From Haliotis rufescens (taxonomy: Eukaryota): 64,000 bases of DNA. The stretch spans positions 21,018,001-21,082,000 of the forward strand of contig NW_025964001.1 in NCBI RefSeq assembly GCF_023055435.1. Reading direction: 5' to 3'. Of the stretch, positions 50,762-64,000 are shown piece by piece; within the stretch, counting starts at the first letter, position 1, and each line of letters begins with the position of its first letter. The position numbers were made by a program, and so were the translations under genes. The notes under the pieces were generated by a model. It was not told where the DNA came from. It saw nothing but the letters and a program-made list of their open reading frames with translations, and ran no database searches.

Positions 50762-50921
50762 ACCAACGGGATCAGGTGGTGAGGCTCGCTGACTTGGTTG
50801 ATGCATGTCATCGTATCCTAATTGCGTATCAATCTCTAGTTTGTCTGGTCCAGACTTGATTATTTACAGACATCCGTCGTATAGATGGAATATTCCTGAG
50901 TGTGGTGTTAAAACAACAAAG
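50762..50921 (+). mobile_element. Family C retroposon, partial
   Basis: AACGGGATCAGGTGGTGAGGCTCGCTGACTTGGTTGATGCATGTCATCG...GGAATATTCCTGAGTGTGGTGTTAAAACAAC. Confidence 0.85.
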
Positions 50922-51471
50922 AAAATAATATCAAATATACTGATTTATATTTAATTATCCTCATCATTAATGGTTCTAATTCACATATCAGTTTATTTCT
51001 ATTTAAGAAATAATATCAAATATACTTATTTATATATGTTCCCCACATGAATAAGCAGCATTAAGGGCTCCCATTAACATGTGAGCTTTTCCTATTTCAC
51101 AAGGATTATTAATGGTAAAGACTGCCCCTTGATGCCACTAGGTACCATATAACCCCTCCATATTGTGGGCAGTTGCTTCCAGTAAGGACTATAAGACTTC
51201 CATTTCAAGTGATGATAAATGTACTGTGGGTGTAGACTCCTGTCAGCCATTAAAACCCAGGTTCTGCTTGACATTTATGGTGGCAGGGTTACCAAGTGAG
51301 ATTGTCCAGACAGTGAACCAGTAGCCTTGAAACAACTGTAGTAGCTTATGGATGCCTTATGGCTGATGAGAAGAACTTGCCAACATGGGAGACATCTTTC
51401 AGTCTTACAGTTTTCCTACTCTTTATGTTTGGAAGTGGGTTATCTTTGGATGAGTGGTGTCGATTTTACTA

Positions 51472-52059
51472 CAGTCTCATTAAAATCAGATCTTAGTTCT
51501 CACTACTGCTGAGCAATGACCTGAGGACATCCCAGTACAGGTCACTTCAGCACGACACTTTTGCGAACATTGACCGACCAATGAAATTACTGACAAGAAA
51601 ACGATATTAGCCAATCGGAAAACAGCTTTACCAAGCTATAATCGGCAATAGTTGCAAACTGGTGACTTCCTCTCCAGACTATGCTTTATCAATATTTTGA
51701 CAAAGTTCTCAATTCAAAACTTGAAAACTGAACAAAAGGACATTCTGGAATGTCTAACAGATGGCCGACAGTACTTCCCACATCTCTGTTGCTCAAATGT
51801 TTATCCAACTGAAGTGAGTGATAGACGATGATTTTGACGGAATCAGTCGTACAGTCCATAATTGTCATTCGGAATGCCCCATGTTAACCTTTTAGAGGTT
51901 ACATGATTAGAAAACACATTCTGACTGTCAGTTTCTCGATCTGTTAAGTAACGCTCTGATTGGTCGGATGAAAGGTCGTTCTGACATGACTCGTAATGGG
52001 ATGTCCTCAGGTCTTTGTGTAGCGATAGCGAGAACTAAGAACTGATTTTAATGAGATTG
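51472..52059. mobile_element. MITE with long (>80 bp) TIRs and a near-perfect 9-bp TSD
   Basis: CAGTCTCATTAAAATCAGATCTTAGTTCTC...GACCTGAGGACATCCCA is inverted against TGGGATGTCCTCAGGTC...GAGAACTAAGAACTGATTTTAATGAGATTG; flanks ATTTTACTA / ATTTTACTG. Confidence 0.9.
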
Positions 52060-52649
52060 ATTTTACTGTGGAAGAATATTTCCTAAGAAAATCTTCATTT
52101 CTATAATTCAGCTATGACATTTTGAGTTGTACACCAAAAAACATTCTGTCCCCAAGACCCAAGAGAATAAATGAAAAAAGGAATCCAATTCAAGTCTAGA
52201 AAGACTTAGCAAGTCTAGATTGCCTCAGCTCTAACTTAAGCATTGTTCTGATATTCATTTAGATTTTATTTTTATTTTGAAGATATATATATTTGTAAAT
52301 AAGATGACACATTATTTCTGGGACTAAATGTTAGTCTAACCAGAAATATACACTGTAGGTTTAACACTGTACCCATGTGGGAATAGAGCCCAGGCTTTGG
52401 CTACAACCTGCTCCAGTTGCCTTTTGAAGTATGTAAATCACACACATATGTAAATGTCAAGGTTAACCACCCCCAAGTACCAGATAGGCTAAATGTTTAG
52501 GACCCTGTATTCTCTGTATTTAATACTCTGTCAGTAAAGTGTCTGTCCATTTTTTATGACCTTCCTAAAACTGTACGCTGATTCTCTTCCACCCATTGAC
52601 TGTAGTTGGCCATAATGAGATCCTACACTAAAGTTCCTAATTGTGGCTC

Positions 52650-52902
52650 TTGTTTATTTGTTTGTTGTTTAATGCCACACTCAGCAATATTCCAGCTATA
52701 TGACGGCGGTCTGTAAATAATCTTGTCTGGACCAGACAATCCAGTCATTGACATCATGAGCATTGATCCACGCAATTTGGATACGATGATGTGCATCAAC
52801 CAAGTCAGTGAGCCTGACCACCCGATCCCGTTAGTTGCCTCTTACGACAAGCATAGTCACTTTTTACGGCAAGCATGGGTTGCTGAAGACCTATTCTAAC
52901 CC
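52650..52902 (-). mobile_element. Family C retroposon, nearly full length
   Basis: Colinear with 26602-26864; lacks about 15 nt at the 5' end. Confidence 0.92.
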
Positions 52903-53810
52903 TTGTGAAGTTTCAGAAGCATGACTTATAGTCATTCCCCACTGCTCATCATGCAGATTACACATGAATTAGAGGCCCTCAATGGCTGCTTGGTACTGAT
53001 ATAGTAATTCCGTCGGAGGACATCTTAGCCTTCTCATCTATGAAGGTGCTGATCTGTAATAGCACAGTCTAGGAGGTTTCAACTTTTATCGACTCGTGTT
53101 GAAGATGTTGATGTATTTCATATCAAAGGAAATGAGGGTGAGATTTTATTCATAATCCAAAATCATTCAGCCAACTTTTTTCAGTTCATAAATAGTAATA
53201 ACCAGTGTGAAAAGTATAGCTAATCAGCTTCAGTGGCAGAGAGTTAAGTGATGTTATTTGATTGTGATGTTATGGTAATCAATATTCGACAAAATGGTCT
53301 GCAAAGTATTGTGACTTCATTGTAGCAACATCTCCTAGGAGAACCTAACGGCTAATATGCTGACTCCACCTAGCATTATCCAGATACCCATGAACATAGT
53401 TTTCAAACCTAGGGCCATTCTGTTCAGAATAGGTCCCCAGCACTCGCTCACTCGCTCGCCCACCCTCCTGCCTGCTTGCATGGTTGCTCCCCCAAACACT
53501 GATTAGCCCACCCACCCACTCATTCACCCGCCACCCACACACTCCCTCACACCCATCTTTAGGTATACTTCTTAATGAAAAACCATTTAAGGTTGTCATT
53601 TTCATGAATTCTTACATTGCCCATTAAGTTGTATGCAGAATCCTTTGATGTGTTTTACAACATCTATCATATAGGTTTGAGAATTCCCCCTGACAAAGCC
53701 TGTATGAAAAGTGAAGGCTCATTTATCACAGGGGGACGTAAATGTCGACAGGAGGATTGTAATGCACCTCAGACTATGGCCAACACAATTTATGTTTCTG
53801 ATTGAGATAA

Positions 53811-53928
53811 GGAGTAAGTATGGTTTTACGCCGCTTTTAGCAATGTTCCAGCAATTCCACGGTTGGGAACACCAGAAATGGGCTTCACACATTGTACCCG
53901 TGTTGGGAATTGAACCCACGGCTTCGGC
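53811..53928 (-). mobile_element. Family A SINE, 5'-truncated
   Basis: GGTTTTACGCCGCTTTTAGCAATGTTCCAGCAAT...CACCAGAAATGGGCTTCACACATTGTACCC. Confidence 0.88.
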
Positions 53929-56656
53929 CCTCCGCCCAATTTTCTGATTGCGACTAATAATTAATATATGTTCCAACTTATCTTTACAGTTTCAGATAGA
54001 TAAAAACATTTTACTCAGAAGCCAATTATTACAATGATTACCATTGAATAGTGTGGAAAAGATATGGAAGATAAAGCCTTAATGTTTAAGGCTTGTTACA
54101 TAGATTTGTTATCATTTTTATGAAGGTTCAAGTAACAGCACATGCATGATTTTACCTTCATCCATCACTTATTTTCTGAAAGAGCCACCCAAAATATTGT
54201 TGTTCTTTCTTTGTTTTCCAATATATTCTAATCAATAAATAGGTGTTAGCTGAAAAAACTTGAAATATCGAATAAATTCAATATACTGCCAAAATAAAAT
54301 ATTAGATTTTCGGCCTATTTTTCCATAAATGTGAGGCTGGAGGCCTTATCTGTACTGTATAGATGTGTATTGTTAAACAATCTGTTCAAGGCATCTGTGC
54401 ATGTCAGATGTCGACATATGTCATGCAGCATGGATGTTTTCTGAAGTAAAAAAAGAAGTTGACTCGCACAGTATTTTGCTTTGTCTGTAGGTACATTGGG
54501 ACAGTAAAATGGTGATATTGGTTGTTTGGTAGTTAGATGAGCAGGGATGAATATCTTATTATTTATTTTTACGACCTAGACAACTAAATTTGTAAAATAT
54601 TAACTCCAATTTAATAACACATCTCGTTGACGTCACGACTTATTAACGACACAACCCAACAAATGATAGACTGCCTGAACAGTTTTGTTTAGTTTACAAA
54701 AATCAGTACTTCTTATTCATTCATATTTCCTATGAATAAATTCCTCTTATGAATTATTGTGACATTTTGTCCTTTGTGCCAAATATTTTGATTGAAATTC
54801 ATTGTTTTTCAGCAAATTATCTCCAAGATGTGATTTGCTTGAATATTCATCACTGGAAAATGAGAGCAATTATTTCGCTTCATTAGTCCATATGTTGGGG
54901 GTAAATCCAAGCAGATCAAAGTGACTTAATAAAACTGTGAGCAGTTAACCCCCAAAGTTGGCAAGGGGAACTACGGGGTTAAATTGACTAGCTCTTAATA
55001 ATAATCAATGAATGATTTGTTGTGTAGCTAGGCTGACTGACCGTTGGGAGGGGAAAATCCAATTAACCCAAGAGGCGTCTCTCTTTGGCAGTGATGATTA
55101 CTTTCTACAGAAAATAACCACTGATGACATCGTGTGATTTAATAATGATAGGGACAAGCCTGTCGCTCAACTTCTTATGTCCTCGATGTCCCTAGAGCCG
55201 CAGCGGCCCCCGAACAAATTCACGTCTTTGTGTGTGAAATTAGTTTATCAACATACAAACTATCTGAATAATCTAATTACTCAATTATTGAAATAGAGTG
55301 GAAATAAATTACCAGCTTGTTAGAGACCATACTAATCTAATCAGGACCTGAAAATGAAGTGAACGCTCCAACCCTTCTGTTTCTGGTGTGGTAATGGAGT
55401 GAAATACAGATAGATATTGTGGAGAATATGGCAGCATTTATTCTGAGTAATGGCATCACTTGATTAGGGCTTAGGTCGAAAATACTTCCCAACACTTAAA
55501 TTTGTGAATTAAGTAAGAAAACGAACACTAATCAAGTGTTGTTGGATCTTGGAGTCATCCGAGGCGAATTTATCACATGAATGACCGGAGGGATTTTGTC
55601 CATAAGCATATAAGTTAAGAGCGGATGGGAATGTCATTTTGGGGAAGGCGGTTTATGTTGTGATGATGGTAAGCAGGTCAGAATTGTCTGTCAACCAGAG
55701 CGGTGGTACCGAGTATGTTTCATGTGTTGGCTGCCTACACCGCTTCAGCACACGTTGAACCAAAATTTCAACATTCCTGGTGAGTTCCGTTTCAAATTGG
55801 TTTATAATAACAGATTAGTTTTGAAATACGGTTTTAGTTGAAATTTAATCTAAAGCCATTTATGGTCGTGCTGATGACGTTGTTGTTTTGTTTGGTGTTT
55901 ATTAGACTTTATTAGTTTTGGTGGTACCTAGTCTTCATATTTTCATTCTTTGGGGATGCTTTCAAAATATGTAATCTTGGGATATTCTTAGGGACTTTAT
56001 TGAATAGTTTGTCATGGTAGTATTTCTAAAAGAGGAAATGTTTTGAGCGTATCCAGGTTTGTACATTGAATTTCACTGTATGTTTATTAATTACAGAAAC
56101 TTTGGTTGGTATGAACAAGAATGGAAAACAAAATGATGTAGCTCACTATTTATTTTCAAGCAAGCATCTAGTTTACGTTTGGTTGGGGGGGTGGGGGTGA
56201 TGTCGGGTGTGTGTGCAAAATAGTGCTGAATCTGTTTAAATTGCAGGATGTTTGCTATTTTTGCAGTACAAGTACAATGGGATGTCATTGATTGAACATT
56301 TTAATAATGATGTACAGATTAAGAAGTATCATGATACATTGATATCTCAATTAATAATCATATTAATTATTCTGTATAAATGAATTAAGTAAATCTGCAC
56401 TTTAATGCTTAATTTGGACTGGGCTGACCCATTTCATGTTTAAAATTGAATTTTCTGCTTCCTCACTGTCCATCTTAACCATGGTAATCTGGATAAATTA
56501 CACCGTTTCTGGGGCAGTGAATTATAAATTTAATGTCAATATTTTTGAATTTGTATGAGCACAGTCTCGATATTTATTATTTTGTATTAATACAGTATCT
56601 ATATTCATAATTTGTGTCAATACTTTATCAGCATTAAAAAGTTCCTAATACATCAA

Positions 56657-56848
56657 GTCCCGTGAAGATTCCGGGGTAGAATAGTTCTTCAGCAACCCAT
56701 GCTAGCCATAAAAGGTGACTATGCTTGTCTTAAGAGGCGACTAACAGAATCGGGTGGTCAGGCTCGCTGTCATGGTATCCCAATTATTTACAGACTGCCT
56801 TCATATAGCTGGAATATTGCTGAGTGCGGAGTTAAACAACCAACCAAT
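56657..56848 (+). mobile_element. Family C retroposon with internal deletions
   Basis: Head GTCCCGTGAAGATTCCGGGGTAGAATAG, two 22-nt modules, tail ATATAGCTGGAATATTGCTGAGTGCGG. Confidence 0.88.
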
Positions 56849-57340
56849 ATACTTTGACATCCCTACAAGTACAGGTATATGTTGTTTCCTTCTTATGCGT
56901 TGCAGACAAAGTGGCAGAGGCAAGTTTAAATACTTATAGATGTATCTATTTTTCTAATTCATCAAACATTAAATTGTAATAAAGATAGAGCTAAATTAGA
57001 TCACATTTGAATTATGCTTACCTATTAAACTGTAGAAAATTGAAACCGTTCTTTAATCATTTAAGTAATAGTTAGTTTCATTTTGAATGGAGCGTGTTTC
57101 TCGTACTGACAAGAAGGAATACTGTAAAGCCAACCAGAATGTATAATTAAGGTTTTCGATATGCCCTTTCACATTAGATGTGTCCAGATTTAAGGAATAT
57201 AAGAACTGAATTCTAAGAACATAGGTTTGTCTGCTACTATTGTGACATCATATAACTGTTGACAACAATGACAGATGTGTTATTATATCAGTTATCACTT
57301 TGTTAACATACAGAATGCTGTTCAATCACTGAAATCATTG

Positions 57341-58530
57341 TTATCCCCCCCCACGTAGAGTGGGTTGGTGGATATAGGAACTGAGTTCATCCGTCCGTTT
57401 TTCCATCCGTCCATCTGCATCTTAAAGGGGACAAATTTATGGCCCTTGCTCCATGCTTTTCAACCTGGTGCATACTGTGTAAAATGGGGAAACGTTTTCT
57501 CTTAAACTACGAAAACTACATGCATGGAAGTTTGCATGCTTTTATAAAAGATACTTATCAAGATTCAGTTAGAAAATTGGTGCCGTAAATTATTATTTTA
57601 CAGAGTTATGGCCCTTGCTCCATGCTTTTCAACTTCGTGCATACTGCGTGAAATGGGGACAAGTTTTCTCAGGAACTACAAAAATTACATGAATGAAAGT
57701 TTGCATGTTTATAGAAGAGAAACTTGTCAAGACTGAGTTTGAAAATTGGCATCTTCCCGAGGCAAGGGCGTTAACTGACTGTCAAAGTCCAGTTTCCACC
57801 CTTGCTGAGCTAGGCTGGAATTTCTGGACTCGATCGTAGAGCCACCAGTGGCTATTACAAGTAATGTCCCTTCTACGTCCTTTCTATTGACCAATCAGAT
57901 TCCACCTCTCATATCACTTACACTGGCGCCCAGTCAAGATGATCTGATTGATCATCAAGATGTAAATTGTAATAAAACGGGTCTTAGTTCACAAAGTGCA
58001 TCAAAACACATTAGAACCATGATCAAAAACATGAAAAGATTTATAAAATATCTGTTAACACCGAATTGACAGCATGCATGCTTTGCAAATCCTGCAATCG
58101 ACCAAAATCTGCACGGCAGTTTGCGAACTGGATGTCGAGTTCATTACACACTTTTGATTGGACTATGCATAGACTCGTTAGTACAGCCAAAATGTAACTC
58201 CATAATTCCAACCTAGTTCGGCAAGGGTTGAAAAGGGACTTTTATAGTCAGTTAACTCCCTTGCCTCGGGAAGATGGAAAATTGGTGAAAAGCTGATCAG
58301 TTGAAAAGCATGGAGGACAAGTCTTCTCAGAAACTACTGAAGTGACATGAAGGAAAGTTTGCATGCATATCTAAGAGATACTTGTCAAGAACGAATCTGA
58401 TGACATAAGTGACGCTAGTGCCTCTTCCTTGTAGGAGTCTTCTTTTTTAGTTTATATTCACTACTATTTGAACAAATAAAATTCTAATGTGCCCCATGGC
58501 GGGGGATAGTGATAACACTGTTTTCTTGTT
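57341..58530 (+). mobile_element. HINE / pearl(CvA)-like non-autonomous Helentron-type element with ~169-bp internal repeats
   Basis: 5' TTATCCCCC and 3' GGGGGATAG subterminal inverted repeats; TCCG/TCCA microsatellite near the 5' end; tandem units beginning TTATGGCCCTTGCTCCATGCTTTTCAAC at ~57437 and ~57606; 3' end CTTGTT. Confidence 0.8.
57750..58276. mobile_element. MITE with ~75-bp TIRs and a perfect 9-bp TSD, nested in the HINE
   Basis: CATCTTCCCGAGGCAAGGG...CCCTTGCCTCGGGAAGATG; TSD GAAAATTGG at 57741-57749 and 58277-58285. Confidence 0.95.
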
Positions 58531-59239
58531 GCATGTGTGCTTCATATATACTTTAATTTACTTGAACTATTGGGATAATGATTGTTGATATGTCATATGA
58601 TGTGGGAATTGCATGTAACACACAGATCCCAAACTGCATGAATGGCAAGGACAGTAATTATGTTTGTTTGAATCATTACAACATTGGCTGTTGTAGAAGA
58701 AGTTTCTCTTGACTATTTCGCCATGTACAAAAAGTTTTTGTCACAATTAAACCCTGAAATGTTAAAATTCAAACTTGCAATGCATATTTTTTGGGGGGTC
58801 AGTTCGTTGACAGGTAGGACATGTGAAATTCCCCATGAAGATCTGCTGCTTATTTAATTATTATTGAAACTTAGAAAAGACTCAAATTAAATAGTTATTT
58901 TCTAAAAGTTTTTCTTAGAAGAAACAAGACCCAGCAAGTTGGAACGTTTTCAAAAAAACATCCAAATTTTGTGTTGCTGTATGGTAGCTTGAATGTTTAT
59001 CTGGTACTCATAAGTTTTTGCAGAGAAAAATGGGGAAAATCCATGTGGGGGTAGTTAAAAAAGAAGATCAGCATATTTAGTTCTTTTCTGTTTTTTAATC
59101 TTGATTAAACTTAATGGTTTTGACCATATCACTTCTTCTCACAGTACAGTCTGCAGAAGTTGTGTGATTTAGAATGGAATCATTTTTGTCCTGATGATAA
59201 AACATCCAACTGGCTGCCATGACTTCATTTGACATTTGC

Positions 59240-59507
59240 CCTTGACCATGCCCTAAAAGGCCGGGGGTATATAGTTATACCAAGGTTCCGTCCGTCCGTC
59301 GGTCCGTCCGTCCAAAAACTTTGTCCGTGCAATTTCTCTTAATTATTCAGTGGATTCATCTCAAAAAGAAAAGAAAAAAATTGATTAATTTTCCATTTTT
59401 TAATGAATTTTTCAAACCCTAACCCTATCCATTATTTAATTTGAAACTACTGACACACTAGGCGGGTCGGGGGTATTAGTGAGCCACGCTCACTTTTGCC
59501 CTTGTTT
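59240..59507 (+). mobile_element. Short HINE-like element
   Basis: GGGGGTATATAG followed by (TCCG)n; 3' GGGGGTATT, hairpin AGTGAGC-CAC-GCTCACT, then CTTGTT. Confidence 0.7.
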
Positions 59508-59832
59508 CTTGAATTATTGTGACAGCCATAAAGCTAAAAACCTTGATGCTATTAGAATAATAAAAAATTAAATGAATACTTATAAGATGTGTGTTTGTGT
59601 GTGTGCAACACACATAAGCAAGTTTATTCTTCAATCTCTGAACTTGTAAGTTAGTTTATTAGGCTTTGTATGTATGTCCGTGTGTATAAACAGCAGAGGA
59701 AGATTGTTACATAGATGCTGTCGTCTATTCTTGTTAAATAAGTTCATCTCATAGCGACCTCTCAGACGTGGTACTTTCATGATGTGAACATGTCATTTGG
59801 TCAGTAAAATCAAACGTTCTTCTTCACATTAT

Positions 59833-59996
59833 GTGAGTGAGTTTGGTTTTACACCGCTCTTCTAGCAATATTCCAGCAATATCACGGCGAAGGACATCAG
59901 AAATGGGCTTCACTCATTGTACCCATGTCATTAATCGAACCCGGGTCCTTGGCGTGATGAGCTAACGCTTTAACCACTAGGCTACCTGACTGCCCC
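59833..59996 (-). mobile_element. Family A tRNA-derived SINE, full length
   Basis: Reverse complement of the 43106-43280 consensus. Confidence 0.92.
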
Positions 59997-61118
59997 TTCA
60001 TAAAGATGTAATTTCTCAATTGTCTAAAAACCACAGTGTCATTGAAGTAGACCGACAGTAGTTCTCTAAGGGACCCCCAGTAATTAATCTTAAGGATCCT
60101 TTTAAGTAATGAAATGGTGTAGTGTACTGTACCTTTTGATAATTACTTTAGAGCCTGGAATGAATCAATGATAGTGTGGACAGTGGTCATGATTGATGGA
60201 TGAAATAACAGACATCCATAACTGCTCTTGATGCGCTGTAGGTACAATGAATATTGTTGTAGTATATTCTTTTCTGTGTTCAATCTCAACATTTGTGCGT
60301 ACTGGATGCACATTTGTGTGCCGCGTAAATCCCTGGTTCTCTCATAAGGAGTTAATTAATTTTTCACTTGAGTGAAATAACAATTTTATATTTTCAGGTA
60401 AAATATGGTCCAGGTAAATACATTGAAAGTAGCAGCATCGTAGGCACAAAAGCTCACACACAAACACACACACAAGCCCCCATGCAAGTAAACACACAAA
60501 AATAAGCATATATGATATAAGTGGCAACACTCTAACCCCACCAGAGATATATTAACATCAAAAGGAATTTTTGGAATGAGAATGTTATTCTGTGGCGTCT
60601 TGTGGTTGTAAAAGGTTGACCTGATCTATCATAGCTACTTCCAGGGATTGTGGGAACAGAGAGAGTGTGTTGTGTACTGTCATCAAGCTGTGCAGAAACT
60701 TCTTGTGGTACACAGCATGTCATGGTGGTAGAAAATAAACACAAGTTCAACATGCACACTGAAAATCTTAAACCTGGTATGAAAAATGATCTGTGTAAAC
60801 ATCTGTTTATGTTTTCTTGACTGGGTAAACAGGGGGTAAAAGTGTTACGTAACTGGTGGCCAGATGACTGACGTTTCATGCAGTTTTTGTGACATGTTCG
60901 TCCTTCTTATGTTAATGAATTGTTTATTGGCCAGAGATGTTACAGAACCTGTAATCTAAAGTTATAACAAGTGGTATGGGAGATGAGGTTCCCGCTGAAC
61001 GCTGGGAAAATCTGTCAGTGTTCTAAAGGGACATGCTTTGTATTGTTGTTCTTGGTTTAATGCAGTCTGTGATGTATCCATGCCCTGTCTCGTGCTGTGT
61101 GTCTTCATGCAGTCTTTG

Positions 61119-61327
61119 GACCCGTAAAGGTCCGGGGTAGGAGGCGACTAACGGGATCGGGTGGTCAGTCTTGCTGACTTGGTTGATGCATGTCATCGAT
61201 CCCAACTGCATGGTTCGATGCTCATGATATCAATCACTTGATTGTCTGGTCCAGACTCGATTATTTACAGACCACCATCATATATCTGTAATATTGCTGA
61301 GTGCGGCATTAAACAAAAAACAACAAC
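61119..61327 (+). mobile_element. Family C retroposon with a deletion in the head
   Basis: GACCCGTAAAGGTCCGGGGTAG joined to GAGGCGACTAACGGGATCGGGTGGTCAG; tail present. Confidence 0.9.
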
Positions 61328-62110
61328 ATTCTTGTTTTCTAAAAATAATTAAAATATGCTTAAATGTCTTGCACAGAGAAGGTTTTCTAAGAAAAACAAG
61401 TTTATAAATGTGTAAAGTTTCTATGTAGAGAGTTTCTTTCATAAAGCACTCCCTGAATGTGAAAATTATTTTTGGACTTTTCAATTTGGATGCATTTAGG
61501 TGCATGTCTAACAGAGAGAGGTCTATTTTGAAACCAAGTGATGATTTGTTAATGAATATGTTGTATGGAGTAAGCCTTGATTGAGGATAATTTTGATTTT
61601 GGAAAAAAGAATAGTTTACTTCAACTAACATCTCCTGAACCAATGTAGCCTATGATGCTTAAACATTGCATGGATGGTCCTACCAAAAGTGTCTCAAATA
61701 TTTCTGATAAAATTCAGATTTTAAGGTTGACATTGCCACATAACAAGGTAGTCTTCTTAGAAACTACGAGACAAGAGAGCTACACTACATTAGGGTTTTG
61801 TAGGTTAGGTTAAGAATAAATATTTTTATATTCAGAGGTTGTACTTGTGTAAAAGATTATAAGTTTATTTTAGGCACTAACAGCTGCAATAAACAAGCCA
61901 TTGTTGACGAGGTTGCAAAAATACATAATTTTAGATCTCAAAACATGAATTGTTGTTACCATTACAATGAAATAATATTACACTGACACCATACTGTCCT
62001 TTCACATCAAACAGACCACATTACAAAGCCAATTAAAATTAACACTCTCCTTACTAGATGGCGAAAGATTGCACTACATACACTGTTCAGCTTGCATTGA
62101 TTGTAGAGGC

Positions 62111-62339
62111 ATTGGTGGCCCAATCATCAATTCTCTGTGCACAGTCCTGTCCCTGAGAAACCTATGATTGTGGGTTCGAATCCCACTTGGCCCATGTTAT
62201 ATTTCTAGGTTTGTCAGCACCATACCCGTGGCCATGTTTTACCATAAGTGTTGAAGGTCTTAAACCTACATCACTTCGGGCTTTCCTCTGAAATGAAAAT
62301 TTCGCTACCTGATATAACTAAAATCACTCACTCACTCAT
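62111..62339 (+). mobile_element. tRNA-derived SINE (family D), degenerate
   Basis: B-box GGTTCGAATCCC near 62173; GGGCTTTCCTC and GATATAACTAAAAT near the 3' end; (CACT)n tail. Confidence 0.65.
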
Positions 62340-63045
62340 ACACTTGTACCTGGTGAGCAGCAGTGCTTTGATCTCAACATGTAATTGACATTGTATACAG
62401 GAGTGCTGTGATGCTATTTCTTAAATGATTGATAAGCATCATTATACATGGATGTTTTCTAAACCCACAAATTCACATAAAAACTTTTAAAAGATCAAAA
62501 GAAATTCATGCAAATAATACCTCCATAGGTTTGCATTTATTGAATTCATTGAATTAAATACCTTGGTGGATATCAAAGTCAATCATGACGAGGTCCTTTT
62601 ACTTCAAATTCAATTTCTTGAATGTCTATTGATAAGTTGCTTGTACATGTATGTCGCTTCATTTTCTCAGTCAGGATGAAAGGGATGGGTTATGTCATAA
62701 TAAGTGTATCATTATTATTGGAAGATAAAAAGATGGACACACAAGTGACCCAGACAGTTATCATGAATGGACAATCTTTTTTCATTTTCCAAAAGGTTGC
62801 ATTGCCTTTCTTTCTTGTGCGCTCGCTCAATGCCAAATAATCCGAGAGCCACTTAGCTCACTGATTGATTAAAAAGCAAATCCCATCCATATGAGAACCA
62901 TCAATCACATTTCTCTAGTCCAAGGATCAACTTGATTTCTCGATGCCAGTTGGATAGGAAATTTATTCATAGGTACCTCATGCCTGTAAATTGTTGACTG
63001 TGGCTCTTTCTCCTCATCCATCAAATCTAGAGAGAGACCTGGCCG

Positions 63046-64000
63046 AGATGCTGGCTGTCTGGATCTAAACATGTAATACGCATAGTATACAGCGATGCCG
63101 ACTGCCTGGATCTAAACATGTAATATGCATAGTATACAGCGATGCCGACTGTCTGGATCTAAACATGTAATACGCATAGTATACAGTGATGCTGCCTGTC
63201 TGGATCTAAACATGTTATACGCATAGTATACAGCGATGCTTTCTGTCTGGATCTAAACATGTAATATGCATAGTATACAGTGATGCCGACTGCCTGGATC
63301 TAAACATGTAATATGCATAGTATACAGCGATGCCGACTGTCTGGATCTAAACATGTATTATGCATAGTATACAGCGATGCCGACTGTCTGGATCTAAACA
63401 TGTATTATGCATAGTATACAGTGATGCCATCTGTCTGGATCTAAACATGTAATACGCATAGTATACAGCGATGCTTTCTGTCTGGATCTAAACATGTAAT
63501 ATGCATAGTATACAGTGATGCTGACTGACTGGATCTAAACATGTAATACGCATAGTATACAGTGATGCCGACTGCCTGGATCTAAACATGTAATATGCAT
63601 AGTATACAGCGATGCTGCCTGTCTGGATCTAAACATGTTATACACATAGTATACAGCGATGCTTTCTGTCTGGATCTAAACATGTAATATGCATAGTATA
63701 CAGTGATGCCGACTGCCTGGATCTAAACATGTAATATGCATAGTATACAGCGATGCCGACTGTCTGGATCTAAACATGTATTATGCATAGTATACAGCGA
63801 TGCCGACTGTCTGGATCTAAACATGTATTATGCATAGTATACAGTGATGCCATCTGTCTGGATCTAAACATGTAATACGCATAGTATACAGCGATGCTTT
63901 CTGTCTGGATCTAAACATGTAATATGCATAGTATACAGTGATGCTGACTGCCTGGATCTAAACATGTAATACGCATAGTATACAGTGATGCCGACTGCCT
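63046..64000. repeat. 47-bp satellite array, >=20 copies, runs off the window end
   Basis: Unit TGGATCTAAACATGTAATACGCATAGTATACAGCGATGCCGACTGCC; period 47. Confidence 0.98.

Overview
This is AT-rich, gene-poor eukaryotic DNA. The repeat content (Meta/MESC-domain SINEs, SINEs sharing a 3' stem-loop tail, pearl/HINE-type elements) points to a mollusc, most plausibly a gastropod such as abalone; that assignment is an inference. No complete protein-coding gene is recognisable, and nearly all listed ORFs are artefacts of repeats or N-gaps. The window contains: (i) about 30 copies or fragments of four short retroposon families, many with target-site duplications (TSDs); (ii) several MITEs and two Helentron-like (HINE) elements; (iii) nine minisatellite/satellite arrays (30-110 bp units); (iv) a CpG-rich, CCAAT-containing putative promoter at ~35.8-37.3 kb, followed by two phase-compatible candidate coding exons (37040-37119 and 45949-46056); (v) a GC3-rich candidate exon on the minus strand near 1.3-1.6 kb. 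Three leads stand out. The first is an abundant tRNA-less retroposon ('family C') with a precise 5' end that folds into an H-type pseudoknot followed by a copy-number-variable 22-nt structured module, a candidate ribozyme or 5'-protective RNA. The second is a minimal hammerhead-like motif of Penelope type at ~28.85 kb. The third is a 43-bp minisatellite that has amplified a splice donor nine times. All calls were made by eye, without database searches.
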